Below are positions 53,112 to 62,481 of a DNA stretch of 64,000 bases, piece after piece. The notes under the pieces were generated by a model, which was not told where the DNA came from, searched no databases, and was given only the letters and a program-made list of their open reading frames with translations. Within the stretch, counting starts at the first letter, position 1, and every line of letters starts with the position of its first letter. Source of the DNA: an uncultured Spirochaetales bacterium. Its GTDB lineage: Bacteria; Spirochaetota; Spirochaetia; Sphaerochaetales; Sphaerochaetaceae. The DNA lies in assembly GCA_944390045.1 (NCBI GenBank), contig CALXOO010000004.1, positions 4,464-68,463 on the forward strand. The letters are read 5' to 3'. The translations under genes and the position numbers were made by a program.

Positions 53112-53984
53112 ATGGAAAAGCTTGAGAACCAATACATCTGTCTGGAAAGCTGCCCTCAGGCAGCAGCCGTGCACTCACTGCGCATCATCCCACTGGGCCG
53201 TACCGTCACGCTGGTGCTTGCGCGCCAGGAGGACCATGCAGATGACCCGAGCTACAGCGGCAACACGGTCTTCCCGCTGGCCGGAAGGATACGGGGCTCA
53301 CGTATCGGATCCTTTGCGCTCGAGGCGAATGACGGTCCCAACTGCCTTCATGGAGGCACCTCATCCAGGCAGGCCTGCTTCAGTCTCTCCTCGAGGAGCA
53401 GTGACAGCCTCACCTGGACTGTCCGCAGGGAGGCGGGAGAGGACGGCCTTCCTGCGGCACGGACCTACACCACCAGATATGCGCTCGACGGAAAGAGACT
53501 CCTGATTGACCTGATGATGGACTCAGACAGAGCTGTTCCCTGCGACATGACAAGTCATATCTACTTCAACCTCAGCAGAGAAAGCGACATACTGAACCAT
53601 GTCATCCAGGCAGATTCCAGCCGCATTGTGGTGAATGACAGCTCGCACTGTGCCTTTGCCGTGAGAAAGAGCGCAGGTACTGATTACGACATATCAAGGC
53701 CCAGAAGGCTTGCCGATGTGACATCAAGCCCGCTTCTCTCGTTCTCGAGGGGGCTGAACAATGCCTATATCCTGGATGAGGGAGGTGCAGTCAGGCTCTC
53801 AGCCGGCGGCCTGAGACTAACCGGAAGAAGCGACAGCAGGGCGGTCGTGCTCTATACAGGCGGCTATCTGGAGCATCCGATGAGCCATATCGCGATTGAA
53901 TTCGAGGACCTGCCATTCAGCAGCACGAGACAGATGACGGACCGGTTCCGGCGCCATATCGAGTTCAGCTTCGACTGGGACTGA
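53112..53984 (+). CDS. aldose 1-epimerase (galactose mutarotase-like) family protein
   Basis: NCLHGG and TSHIYFNLS motifs typical of the mutarotase fold. 290 aa. Confidence 0.7.
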   Translation: MEKLENQYICLESCPQAAAVHSLRIIPLGRTVTLVLARQEDHADDPSYSGNTVFPLAGRIRGSRIGSFALEANDGPNCLHGGTSSRQACFSLSSRSSDSLTWTVRREAGEDGLPAARTYTTRYALDGKRLLIDLMMDSDRAVPCDMTSHIYFNLSRESDILNHVIQADSSRIVVNDSSHCAFAVRKSAGTDYDISRPRRLADVTSSPLLSFSRGLNNAYILDEGGAVRLSAGGLRLTGRSDSRAVVLYTGGYLEHPMSHIAIEFEDLPFSSTRQMTDRFRRHIEFSFDWD

Positions 53985-54031
53985 GAGGTTCACGACGGCC
54001 TCTCAGCCGGAAAATACAATACTCTCATTCA

Positions 54032-54575
54032 CTATACAATCTTTTCAATAAAGTGCAGGCTGCTCTTGTTCCAGTAGTCCATATAGACGCGTCCAGCCTC
54101 CTGGTCCAGGTTCAACTGATAAAGGCGGAAGATCACATCGATGTCCTTCGGCATCCAATGCTCTGAATATGAGTATTTATATTCCATGCCGAGCCGGCGC
54201 ATGACAGCGCCGCTTCTCGGGTTGTTCACATCATGTGTCGCGGTGATGAAGGGAATGCCGTTTTCCTCAAGCACTCTGATGTAGGCCCCTGCCCCAGTAT
54301 TCAGGAAGGAGGCCGTAGCCCAGATCATTCGCAGGAGGTCCTGAGAACGTCACATAGCCTATGATCCTGCCCTCCGGGAGCACAAGGGCGCAGGCATTGC
54401 CGGACTCAAGCCTCTCATGGAAGAAGGCCTCTGCCTCCTGTCTGGAGGAAAGCGGGAACCAGGGGAGGAAGCGGTTTGTCCTCCTGTCTGAGAAAAGTCT
54501 GAGAACCGCGTTCGTGTCAGACCCGGTGAAGCTTCTCAGGACGAGTCTGTCTGTACGTACGGTGACTGTGTTCAT
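54032..54575 (-). pseudogene. GNAT (RimJ/RimL-like) N-acetyltransferase disrupted by a frameshift
   Basis: ORF 54267-54575 ends ...DLGYGLLPEYWGRGLHQSA*. The homologous continuation (AYIRVLEENGIPFITATHDVNNPRSGAVMRRLGM...) is in another frame (ORF 54032-54328). The switch lies in TACTGGGGCAGGGGCCTAC. Confidence 0.65.
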
Positions 54576-55363
54576 GCCTCCTGCCTCCCGGCATGCTCCT
54601 TACGGCGGCCAAGGACTATCAGCATGGCGGCAAGGAGCAGGATCAGGATCACGACGGCAAAACCGAGTGAGGATCCCATGAGCCGGCCGAATCCGTCCCC
54701 GTTCTCTCCGAAGGTCGAGATCATCGCGGTCTGCAGGATGAAGAGCGAGACCAGGGCCCCGGAGAGTTTCACGGCTGAAGCCGCGATCAGGGCAGGCCTT
54801 CCGCGTCTGGCGAAGCCGGCAAGCGACTTCACTGCCATTGAGAGGCTGATGAAGGACCAGGCGGCAATCGCGTATATCGCGTATCCGGGGTATGTGATCA
54901 CATGCGAACGGATGACGACATAGGTGATCACGCCTCCTGCGAAGACATTGAGCACAAGCAGCATCAGGCCGGTCCTGAAGCACAGCCGCCAGTCCATGTC
55001 CATATTCCGGACTATGTACAGGCGTGAACTTGCAAGACAGAAATAGTACAGGCTCATGAGGACAAGCCAGAGCGAGGGGATTATCAGGCCGAGCGCGAGT
55101 TTGAATGCCCCATATGCAAAGCCGGCAAGCAGGGAAATGCGCAGTCCTGCCAGCCGCCTCGTCTCAGCATCGGGAAGCGGCAGTCCGGCCCTGATTCTGC
55201 CAGCCAGATGCACTATGTCGCGCACACTGCCCGCGAGTGTGACAGCGCTCAGGGCATACACCGCATAGGCGATGAGCGAGGCATCCTCATGTGAGAGGAC
55301 AAAGACCAGCGGCGGAATGCAGAGTATGAACAGTATTGTGGATATATAATATGGGAACTTCAT
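54572..55363 (-). CDS. hypothetical polytopic membrane protein
   Basis: ATG 55363 overlaps the araC stop. MKFPYYISTILFILCIPPLVFVL... with about 7 hydrophobic segments. ATGA overlap with the GNAT start. Confidence 0.6.
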   Translation of the reverse strand: MKFPYYISTILFILCIPPLVFVLSHEDASLIAYAVYALSAVTLAGSVRDIVHLAGRIRAGLPLPDAETRRLAGLRISLLAGFAYGAFKLALGLIIPSLWLVLMSLYYFCLASSRLYIVRNMDMDWRLCFRTGLMLLVLNVFAGGVITYVVIRSHVITYPGYAIYAIAAWSFISLSMAVKSLAGFARRGRPALIAASAVKLSGALVSLFILQTAMISTFGENGDGFGRLMGSSLGFAVVILILLLAAMLIVLGRRKEHAGRQEA

Positions 55364-56190
55364 CACACACCCCTGTGGCTGTTCTGGCGGAACTGGATCG
55401 GACTCATTCCGGTAATGCGCCTGAAGCGCTGGGCGAAGTAGCTGCCTGACGAAAAGCCCACGGCCTCCCCTATGTCGCTGACGCTCCATTCCGTGTCCAC
55501 CAGCAGCTTCTTGCTCTCCGTGATCCGCTTTGCCAGAAGGTAGTCCATCGGAGACAGGCCGACAGCCTGCTTGAACTCGCGTATCAGATGGTACTTGCTC
55601 AGTGCCGCTATGCTGGCCAGGTCATCCAGCGTGAATGACTTCGCGTAGTTCTCGTCTATATAGGCCTTCACTTCCGCGATGTTGCTACGCATGCTCAGCT
55701 CCTCATCCTGCCCGACATCAATCAGCCTGCCGCGGATGAGCGTGACCATGAGATGGTAAAAAAGGCTGCGGCTCATCAGCTCATACTCGCTCTGCCTGCG
55801 CTGCATCTCCCTGTAGATTCCGCGGATCAGCGACAGCACGCTCTCGCGGCTAGTGCCCAGATCGACGATCGGATCAAAATCATCAGGCGGGCTGGCGAGC
55901 GTGATATTCGCGACTCCCAGACAGAGGTATTCGAGGGGCTCCTCGCTAGAGGAGATCTCCGTGTGCATGAGGTGCGGCGGAATAATGACGAAATCACCAT
56001 GCGTGATGTCCCGTCTCGTACCGCTTATGACGATGCTCCCCTTGCCGGAAAGGATGTACAGCATCTCAGCTATCGAATGCGAGTGCACTATGCTCAGCCA
56101 CTCATTGTCGTAGCGTGAATGCGTGATGTATCTGAGCTGCGGACTCGAGGACTTATCGCTTGAGCCAATCTCGTAGCGGACCGTACTCAT
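55363..56190 (-). CDS. AraC-family transcriptional regulator (cupin N-terminal domain)
   Basis: ATG 56190; the track start at 56196 is a TTG. Cupin-like HSHSIAEMLYILSGKG... C-terminal HTHs (FTLDDLASIAALSKYHLIREFK ... WSVSDIGEAVGFSSGSYFAQRFRRITG). Confidence 0.85.
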   Translation of the reverse strand: MSTVRYEIGSSDKSSSPQLRYITHSRYDNEWLSIVHSHSIAEMLYILSGKGSIVISGTRRDITHGDFVIIPPHLMHTEISSSEEPLEYLCLGVANITLASPPDDFDPIVDLGTSRESVLSLIRGIYREMQRRQSEYELMSRSLFYHLMVTLIRGRLIDVGQDEELSMRSNIAEVKAYIDENYAKSFTLDDLASIAALSKYHLIREFKQAVGLSPMDYLLAKRITESKKLLVDTEWSVSDIGEAVGFSSGSYFAQRFRRITGMSPIQFRQNSHRGV

Positions 56191-56220
56191 GAGCAATATT
56201 TTGCCTCAGGCCTGTGAAAA

Positions 56221-56250
56221 TAGCAACTAGTATAAAAAAAAGCGCAATTT
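56221..56250 (-). promoter_or_regulatory. degenerate third copy of the 21-bp-phased TTGC repeat pair
   Basis: Minus strand AAATTGCGC (56250-56242) and TAGTTGCTA (56229-56221), 21 bp apart and separated by T8-ATAC. Lies upstream of the araC gene at 56190. Confidence 0.3.
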
Positions 56251-56325
56251 GTTGATTGTGCGTTTCCAGAAATGCCCCCTAAGATTTACACAGTGGTTTT
56301 AGAAAACTTGTAAAAGGAGAAACAA

Positions 56326-57606
56326 ATGAAAAAAGCATTCACCATTCTTCTGATAGCTCTGATCGCCATCTCCAGTGCATTCGCGACTGGATCGACAGAG
56401 ACGACCGGAGCCGCTGCTCCCGCCGCTGCCGAGGGTGGAAAGATCTATGACGGAGTCGAGATCACAATGTGGTCAATGTGGAACGCCGCCGAACCTCAGG
56501 GACAGGCAATCATCGATGCTGCCGCCGCATTCGAGGAGGAGACAGGCTGCCACGTCAACATCGAGTTCCGCGGACGCGACATCAAGACGATCATCAACAC
56601 AGCTCTCCAGGGCGGTGAGAACATCGACATCTTCGAGGAAGCCTATGACAGGATTTACCTCCAGTACGCTCCCTTCTGCTACGACATGAGCGCAATGGCT
56701 GAGGCCGCCGGCTATGCCGACTTCAGTTATCCTCTGTTCAACAAGATGACAACCGACGCCACAGGCGGAAAGCTTGTCTCTGTCGCCGAGCAGCCCAATG
56801 TAGGAGGCATCTTCTACGACAATGCAAAGTTCGAGGCAGCCGGAATCACAGAGACTCCGACAACCTGGGACGAGTTCCTCGACGTCTGCCAGAAGCTTGT
56901 TGACGCAGGATTCCAGCCCCTCGCCCTCGATGCCACATACGCTGACTTCACATTCGGCTATCACCTCAACAGATATGTCGATGAGGCCACGACAAGGCAG
57001 CTCTCCCTGAACGGCGGTTGGTCACAGAACCCCGGAGTCATCGCTGCGGCTGATGACATCATCGACTTCATCGGACGTGGTTATCTTGCTGACGGTGCTC
57101 CGGATGAGTACCCTGCCAGCCAGAACAAGATCGGATTCGAGAACGTCGCGATGGTCGTCTGCGCCGACTATGTCACCAGTGAGGTCAACAACAACACAGG
57201 TGCCGGAATCGAGTGGGGCGTCTTCAACTACCCGACAGTTCCCGTCGAGGACGGCGGCAACGGATCCACAGGTTCCTATGCAGGTGCCAACTCACTGGCA
57301 ATCACAAGCTACAGCGACAACCCGCAGGCTGCATTCGACTTTGTCATGATGCTGGTCAGCGGAGAAGTTGACCAGGCCAGGGCTGACAATGTTCCCCAGA
57401 TCCCGGCTGATCCCAGGAACACATGTTCCTCACTTGACGGCGCAGTCGAGTCCCTGATGTCAGCAGACTCTGTCCTCGGATGGACAATGGGCATCAACGC
57501 CAACACCGACCTTACGGCAATGCTGAAGGAAGTCATCATTCAGCTCTACGAAGGCCGTTACGCAACTGGCGAGGACTTCGCAGCAGCCATGGATGCTCTT
57601 TATTGA
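56326..57606 (+). CDS. ABC transporter (CUT1) sugar-binding protein
   Basis: RBS AAAAGGAGAAAC. Signal MKKAFTILLIALIAISSAFATGS. Family-1 SBP pattern. Confidence 0.85.
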   Translation: MKKAFTILLIALIAISSAFATGSTETTGAAAPAAAEGGKIYDGVEITMWSMWNAAEPQGQAIIDAAAAFEEETGCHVNIEFRGRDIKTIINTALQGGENIDIFEEAYDRIYLQYAPFCYDMSAMAEAAGYADFSYPLFNKMTTDATGGKLVSVAEQPNVGGIFYDNAKFEAAGITETPTTWDEFLDVCQKLVDAGFQPLALDATYADFTFGYHLNRYVDEATTRQLSLNGGWSQNPGVIAAADDIIDFIGRGYLADGAPDEYPASQNKIGFENVAMVVCADYVTSEVNNNTGAGIEWGVFNYPTVPVEDGGNGSTGSYAGANSLAITSYSDNPQAAFDFVMMLVSGEVDQARADNVPQIPADPRNTCSSLDGAVESLMSADSVLGWTMGINANTDLTAMLKEVIIQLYEGRYATGEDFAAAMDALY

Positions 57607-57627
57607 GCTTCCTGACTCGGGTCTGAT

Positions 57628-57657
57628 GAAAGGGGGCAGGTTATTCCTCCCCCTTTC
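57628..57657 (+). terminator. intercistronic hairpin after the SBP gene (partial terminator or stabiliser)
   Basis: GAAAGGGGG (57628-57636), 12-nt loop, CCCCCTTTC (57649-57657). Weak T tract. Confidence 0.4.
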
Positions 57658-57731
57658 GTCTTGAATGGGGGGACCGGAAACGGCTCCACATAAGGAAAAG
57701 ATACCTGTCTAATACTAAAAAGGAGGGGCAT

Positions 57732-58052
57732 ATGGGAATCGCAGGCTTCATAACTGCTCTGGCCGCCTCGGCCATCAGCCTAATCATTTCCTTCATACCA
57801 GTACAGCTCAACAACATTCTAGCGGCACTCTTCCTGGTCATTCTCAGCGTCATGTGCTACATGATGCCGCAAAGGACCAGCCTCAAGGGCTGCCTTATCG
57901 GATGTTCCATTCTCTTCGTGGTATTCCGCTTTGTCTACATGAGCCTCATCGGACGCGTTCTCTACATCATACTCGCGGCCGCAATCATCGCCGGGGCCAT
58001 AATGATGAACACCGGAAGTCAGAACACGACAACAGGAGGCAAAACGGCATGA
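57732..58052 (+). CDS. small hypothetical membrane protein (106 aa)
   Basis: Strong RBS AAGGAGGGG. Three to four hydrophobic segments. ATGA overlap with the next permease. Confidence 0.55.
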   Translation: MGIAGFITALAASAISLIISFIPVQLNNILAALFLVILSVMCYMMPQRTSLKGCLIGCSILFVVFRFVYMSLIGRVLYIILAAAIIAGAIMMNTGSQNTTTGGKTA

Positions 58053-59251
58053 TCCTCACAGTTTCCGGAATCATAGCAATCCTCATGCCCGTCCTGGCCT
58101 GTATCCTGCAGATAGTCTTCGCGGGCTTCTCACTGGGCTGCATCCCGTCAGTCGGGGCAGCCGTCTTCGCAGTTCTCGCCTTCTGGCGCAAGGGCCCGAC
58201 ACTGGCCATTGTCTCTGTACTGCTTGCCTTTGTGCAGATTTGCACTCTGAACATTGTTCTGACAGTGATAATCGCCGTCATCGGCGCAGTTGCATCCATA
58301 TTCCTGATGCTTGGTTGCGAGAAATGGCGCGAGGCTCATCCTGAGCTTACTGATCCCAAGGCAGCGACCAAGCACATGATCATCGGCTTCATCCTGCCAT
58401 GTGCGATTTCTCTGCTGGTGATGTACGCCTACCCCGTCGTCAGGACCTTCTTCATGAGCTTCTTCGACATGCCCAACATCACGGCTCCGGTCTCAGAATG
58501 GACCTTCGCCGGGCTGGGCAAGTACGTGAAGATATTCTCCAGCCAGTCCTTCATCCGCTCACTCCAGAACATGCTCATGATCTGGTTCGTCGGCGGAATA
58601 ATCACACTGGCCCTCGCCCTGCTCTTCGCAGTCATTCTGACAAGCGGCATCAGGTTCAAGAAGTTCTTCCGTGCCGCAATCTACATGCCGAACGTAATCA
58701 GCGCAGTCGCCCTCGCGACCATGTGGATCCAGTACATCTTCAACCAGCAGTACGGAATGCTCAACAGCATAATAAAGTTCTTCAATGGAACCCCGATCAA
58801 CTGGCTGGCAACTGACATGAAGTTCTGGGCCATGCTCGGCTCCTTCATCTTCGGAGCTGTGGGCTATTACATGCTGATCTTCATCAGCGGCATTGAGAAG
58901 ATACCTGCCGATCTTTATGAGGCGGCCACAATCGACGGTGCCAACAAGGCACAGCAGGCCTTCAAGATCACATTCCCGCTGCTCAAGGGCGTCACCAAAA
59001 CTAACCTTACCTTCTGGACAATCAATACGGCCACCTTCTACCTCTGGTCGAAGATGTTCAGTCCTGTCGACACTGAGGCAAGTGTCATCGTACCGGTCAT
59101 GTACCTGTATGACACAGCCTTCCCGTCGAAGGGCAACATGAGAGCCGATGCCGGTGCCGCCGCTGCGGTCGGAATTGTCCTGGCCATCATCATCCTCGCC
59201 GTTTACCTGGTCATGAACAAGCTGATCAAGGATGACGACGTGGAGCTTTAA
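58049..59251 (+). CDS. ABC sugar permease (MalF-type) with about 110-aa extra N-terminal TM region
   Basis: ATG 58049; the track ORF start at 57854 is an out-of-frame overlap of the previous gene. EAA loop LYEAATIDGANKAQQAFKITFP. Confidence 0.8.
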   Translation: MILTVSGIIAILMPVLACILQIVFAGFSLGCIPSVGAAVFAVLAFWRKGPTLAIVSVLLAFVQICTLNIVLTVIIAVIGAVASIFLMLGCEKWREAHPELTDPKAATKHMIIGFILPCAISLLVMYAYPVVRTFFMSFFDMPNITAPVSEWTFAGLGKYVKIFSSQSFIRSLQNMLMIWFVGGIITLALALLFAVILTSGIRFKKFFRAAIYMPNVISAVALATMWIQYIFNQQYGMLNSIIKFFNGTPINWLATDMKFWAMLGSFIFGAVGYYMLIFISGIEKIPADLYEAATIDGANKAQQAFKITFPLLKGVTKTNLTFWTINTATFYLWSKMFSPVDTEASVIVPVMYLYDTAFPSKGNMRADAGAAAAVGIVLAIIILAVYLVMNKLIKDDDVEL

Positions 59252-59264
59252 GGAGGTGGAGAAC

Positions 59265-60149
59265 ATGGCATTTGGCAAAAATGAAAAACTACCGAAAGTG
59301 CACCAGAAGATAAACTGGAAGAAGGAAGCGACCCTGCTTCCCGGCTACATCATCATCCTGGTCTGGCTGGTATTCACAGCGGCCTTCCTGCTGTGGATCC
59401 TCGCGGCCTCCTTCTCCACCACCCCTGAGATCATGCAGGGTCAGGTGTTCAAGTTCGAGACCGGATTCCATCCTGAGAACTACGCTGTCGCATGGAGCCA
59501 GCAGAATGTTGCCAGATACTTCGGCAACTCGCTGCTATACTCGATCACTGGCTGTATCGTCACGATTCTGATCAGCGCACCGGCCAGCTACGTGCTCTCG
59601 CGTTACAAGTTCATCTGCAACAAGATACTGAAAAGCAGCCTCATCATAGCCATGAGCGTTCCGGCGGTCATGATCGTCCTTCCCATCTACGCCATCACGG
59701 CAAGCTGGAGGAACGCTCCTGACAGGCTGATCTTCACAGTGCTGATGATCTTCTTCCGCGTTCCGTACACGACAGTATTCCTGCTGAACTTCTTCCAGAC
59801 GCTCTCAAAGAGCTACGAGGAGGCTGCGGCAATTGACGGCTGCTCCCCTGCCGGAACCTTCTGGAGGATCATGTTCCCGCTGGTCCAGCCGGCCCTTGTG
59901 ACCGTAACTATCTTCAACTTCCTGGGCATCTGGAACGAGTTCTTCATGGCACTGATCTTCGCGAACAGCCAGGAGATCGCACCTGTCGGAGTCGGACTGC
60001 TTCAGATAGTCAACTCGATGAAGTACACCGGCCAGTACGGAGCACTGTTCGCTGCCGTCATCATCGTCTTCCTGCCGACCTTCCTGCTTTACATCTTCCT
60101 TTCTGAGAAGATCATCGCGGGTGTCACCGGCGGCGGTGTGAAGGGCTGA
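59265..60149 (+). CDS. ABC sugar permease (MalG-type)
   Basis: ATG 59265 after GGAGGTGGAGAAC. EAA loop YEEAAAIDGCSPAGTFWRIMFP. Confidence 0.85.
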   Translation: MAFGKNEKLPKVHQKINWKKEATLLPGYIIILVWLVFTAAFLLWILAASFSTTPEIMQGQVFKFETGFHPENYAVAWSQQNVARYFGNSLLYSITGCIVTILISAPASYVLSRYKFICNKILKSSLIIAMSVPAVMIVLPIYAITASWRNAPDRLIFTVLMIFFRVPYTTVFLLNFFQTLSKSYEEAAAIDGCSPAGTFWRIMFPLVQPALVTVTIFNFLGIWNEFFMALIFANSQEIAPVGVGLLQIVNSMKYTGQYGALFAAVIIVFLPTFLLYIFLSEKIIAGVTGGGVKG

Positions 60150-60224
60150 TCCGGATCACGGTAACTGAATATCTGATGGCATCGCCGCTGGCGGTGCCAT
60201 CCACATAATAAGGAGCAAGAAAGA

Positions 60225-62387
60225 ATGAGCGATGAGCTTAAGAAAGGGCGTGTCACCATACCCACCGATGAAGGGATCGTCAAGGAGACGCTCGAGGTTC
60301 TGGAGCGCTGGGGTGCGGATGCCATCCGCGACTGCGACGGCACCGAGTTTCCCGTCGAGCTGAAAGACAGCGGCGCAAAGATTTACAAAACCTATTACAC
60401 GACAAGAAAGGACAACGAGTGGGCAAAGGCCAATCCGGATGAAATCCAGCAGATGTACATCATGACCGCTTTCTCATCAACGGCAGGCGGTCCTCTGTCC
60501 ATCCATCTCATGGACCATCTCTACCCGGACATGCTCAAGGTCAACCCCAAGGACAGGGAGAGATGGTGGGAAGTGATCGACAGGACCACAGGAGAGATCG
60601 TTCCCCCCTCACAGTGGACTTATGACGAGGAGAGCGGGGATGTGACAATTCCCTCCGCGAAGGCCTTTCATGAGTACACGGTCAGCTTCCTGGCCTTCAT
60701 CATCTGGGACCCCGTGCACATGTACAATGCGGTCGTCAACGGCTGGAAGAACGTCGAGCACCAGATCACCTTCGATGTCCGCCAGCCCAAGACACAGGCA
60801 TTCAGCCTTGAGAGACTGAAGAAGTTCTGCATTGAACATCCCTATGTGGACGTAATCCGCTACACGACATTCTTCCACCAGTTCACGCTTGTCTTCGATG
60901 AGCTTGCCCGTGAGAAGTTCGTCGACTGGTACGGTTATTCCGCCTCAGTCTCCCCTTACATACTCGACAAGTTCGAGAAGGAAGTCGGCTACAAGTTCCG
61001 CCCGGAATTCATCATCGACCAGGGCTACCACAACAACCAGTACAGGATTCCCTCTAAGGAATACCGCGACTTCCAGGCCTTCCAGATCCGCGAAGTCAGA
61101 TCGCTCGTCAGGAAGTTCGTCGACATCACACACCAGTACGGCAAGGAAGCCATGATGTTCCTCGGCGACCACTGGATCGGCACCGAGCCCTTCGCAGACG
61201 GTTTCGAGGATGCCGGTCTGGATGCGATTGTCGGTTCTGTCGGCAACGGCTCAACCCTGCGCCTGATCAGCGACATCAAGGGCGTCAAGTACCGCGAGGG
61301 CCGCTTCCTGCCCTACTTCTTCCCGGATGTCTTCCACGAAGGAGGCGACCCGGTCAAGGAGGCGAAGGTGAACTGGGTCACGGCAAGACGTGCAATACTG
61401 CGCAGCCCGATTGACCGTATCGGCTACGGCGGATACCTGAAGCTCGCACTGGACTTCCCTCAGTTCATGGACTACGTGAAGAGCGTGTGTGACGAGTTCC
61501 GCCTGCTGTACGAGAACATCAAAGGAACGACACCCTACTGCGTGAAGACTGTCGCCGTTCTCAACTGCTGGGGCAAGATGAGGGCCTGGGGCGCGCACAT
61601 GGTGCACCATGCGCTCTACCAGAAGCAGAACTACAGCTATGCCGGCGTCATTGAGGCCCTTTCCGGAGCCCCCTTCGATGTCAGGTTCATCTCCTTCGAT
61701 GACATCAGGAATGATGAGCACTTCCTCGATGACATCGACGTGATCATCAATGTCGGAGGAGCAGACACCGCGCACAGCGGAGGCGAGAACTGGTGTGATC
61801 CCACAATCATTGAGCGCGTGAGGTCATTCATCTGGAACGGAGGAGGCTTCATCGGAATCGGAGAGCCCACCGCGCACCAGAACCAGGGCCGCTTCTTCCA
61901 GCTCGCCTCCGTGATGGGGGTCGAGAAGGAGACCGGATTCACGCTGAACTACGACAAGTACAACTGGGAGGAGCACGAGCACTTCATCACCGCCGACGTG
62001 AAGGGAGAAATCGATTTCGGCGAGGGAATGAAGAATATCTACGCCCTGCCTGAGGCCACAGTCGTCGTTCAGAGGGACAAGGAGGTTCAGCTGGCCACGA
62101 ACAGCTATGGCAGCGGCCGCAGTGTCTACATCTCAGGCCTGCCCTATTCATTCGAGAACAACCGCATTCTCCACCGTGCCGTCCTGTGGGCCTCCTCAAG
62201 CGAGGACAAGCTGAACAGCTGGTACAGCACGAACTTCAATGTGGAAGTCCACGCATACGTGAAGAACGGCAAGTACTGTGTCGTCAACAACACATACGAG
62301 CCGCAGTCCACAACCGTTTACCGCGGTGACGGCAGCAGCTTCGATGTTGATCTGGAGGCCAACGAGATCCGCTGGTACAGGATCTGA
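60225..62387 (+). CDS. GH112 1,3-beta-galactosyl-N-acetylhexosamine phosphorylase (lacto-N-biose/galacto-N-biose phosphorylase)
   Basis: 720 aa. The N-terminal ...LERWGADAIRDCDGTEFP... and the overall length match my memory of Bifidobacterium LNBP (LnpA). RBS AAGGAG. Confidence 0.8.
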   Translation: MSDELKKGRVTIPTDEGIVKETLEVLERWGADAIRDCDGTEFPVELKDSGAKIYKTYYTTRKDNEWAKANPDEIQQMYIMTAFSSTAGGPLSIHLMDHLYPDMLKVNPKDRERWWEVIDRTTGEIVPPSQWTYDEESGDVTIPSAKAFHEYTVSFLAFIIWDPVHMYNAVVNGWKNVEHQITFDVRQPKTQAFSLERLKKFCIEHPYVDVIRYTTFFHQFTLVFDELAREKFVDWYGYSASVSPYILDKFEKEVGYKFRPEFIIDQGYHNNQYRIPSKEYRDFQAFQIREVRSLVRKFVDITHQYGKEAMMFLGDHWIGTEPFADGFEDAGLDAIVGSVGNGSTLRLISDIKGVKYREGRFLPYFFPDVFHEGGDPVKEAKVNWVTARRAILRSPIDRIGYGGYLKLALDFPQFMDYVKSVCDEFRLLYENIKGTTPYCVKTVAVLNCWGKMRAWGAHMVHHALYQKQNYSYAGVIEALSGAPFDVRFISFDDIRNDEHFLDDIDVIINVGGADTAHSGGENWCDPTIIERVRSFIWNGGGFIGIGEPTAHQNQGRFFQLASVMGVEKETGFTLNYDKYNWEEHEHFITADVKGEIDFGEGMKNIYALPEATVVVQRDKEVQLATNSYGSGRSVYISGLPYSFENNRILHRAVLWASSSEDKLNSWYSTNFNVEVHAYVKNGKYCVVNNTYEPQSTTVYRGDGSSFDVDLEANEIRWYRI

Positions 62388-62481
62388 GCAAGCTGGGCTG
62401 ACACTTCTTTGTGCAGGCGGGGGAAGGCGGAGCGCAGTCAAGGCGGCCGCCTCCTCCGCAGCCCGTTTATGGAGATGATAA

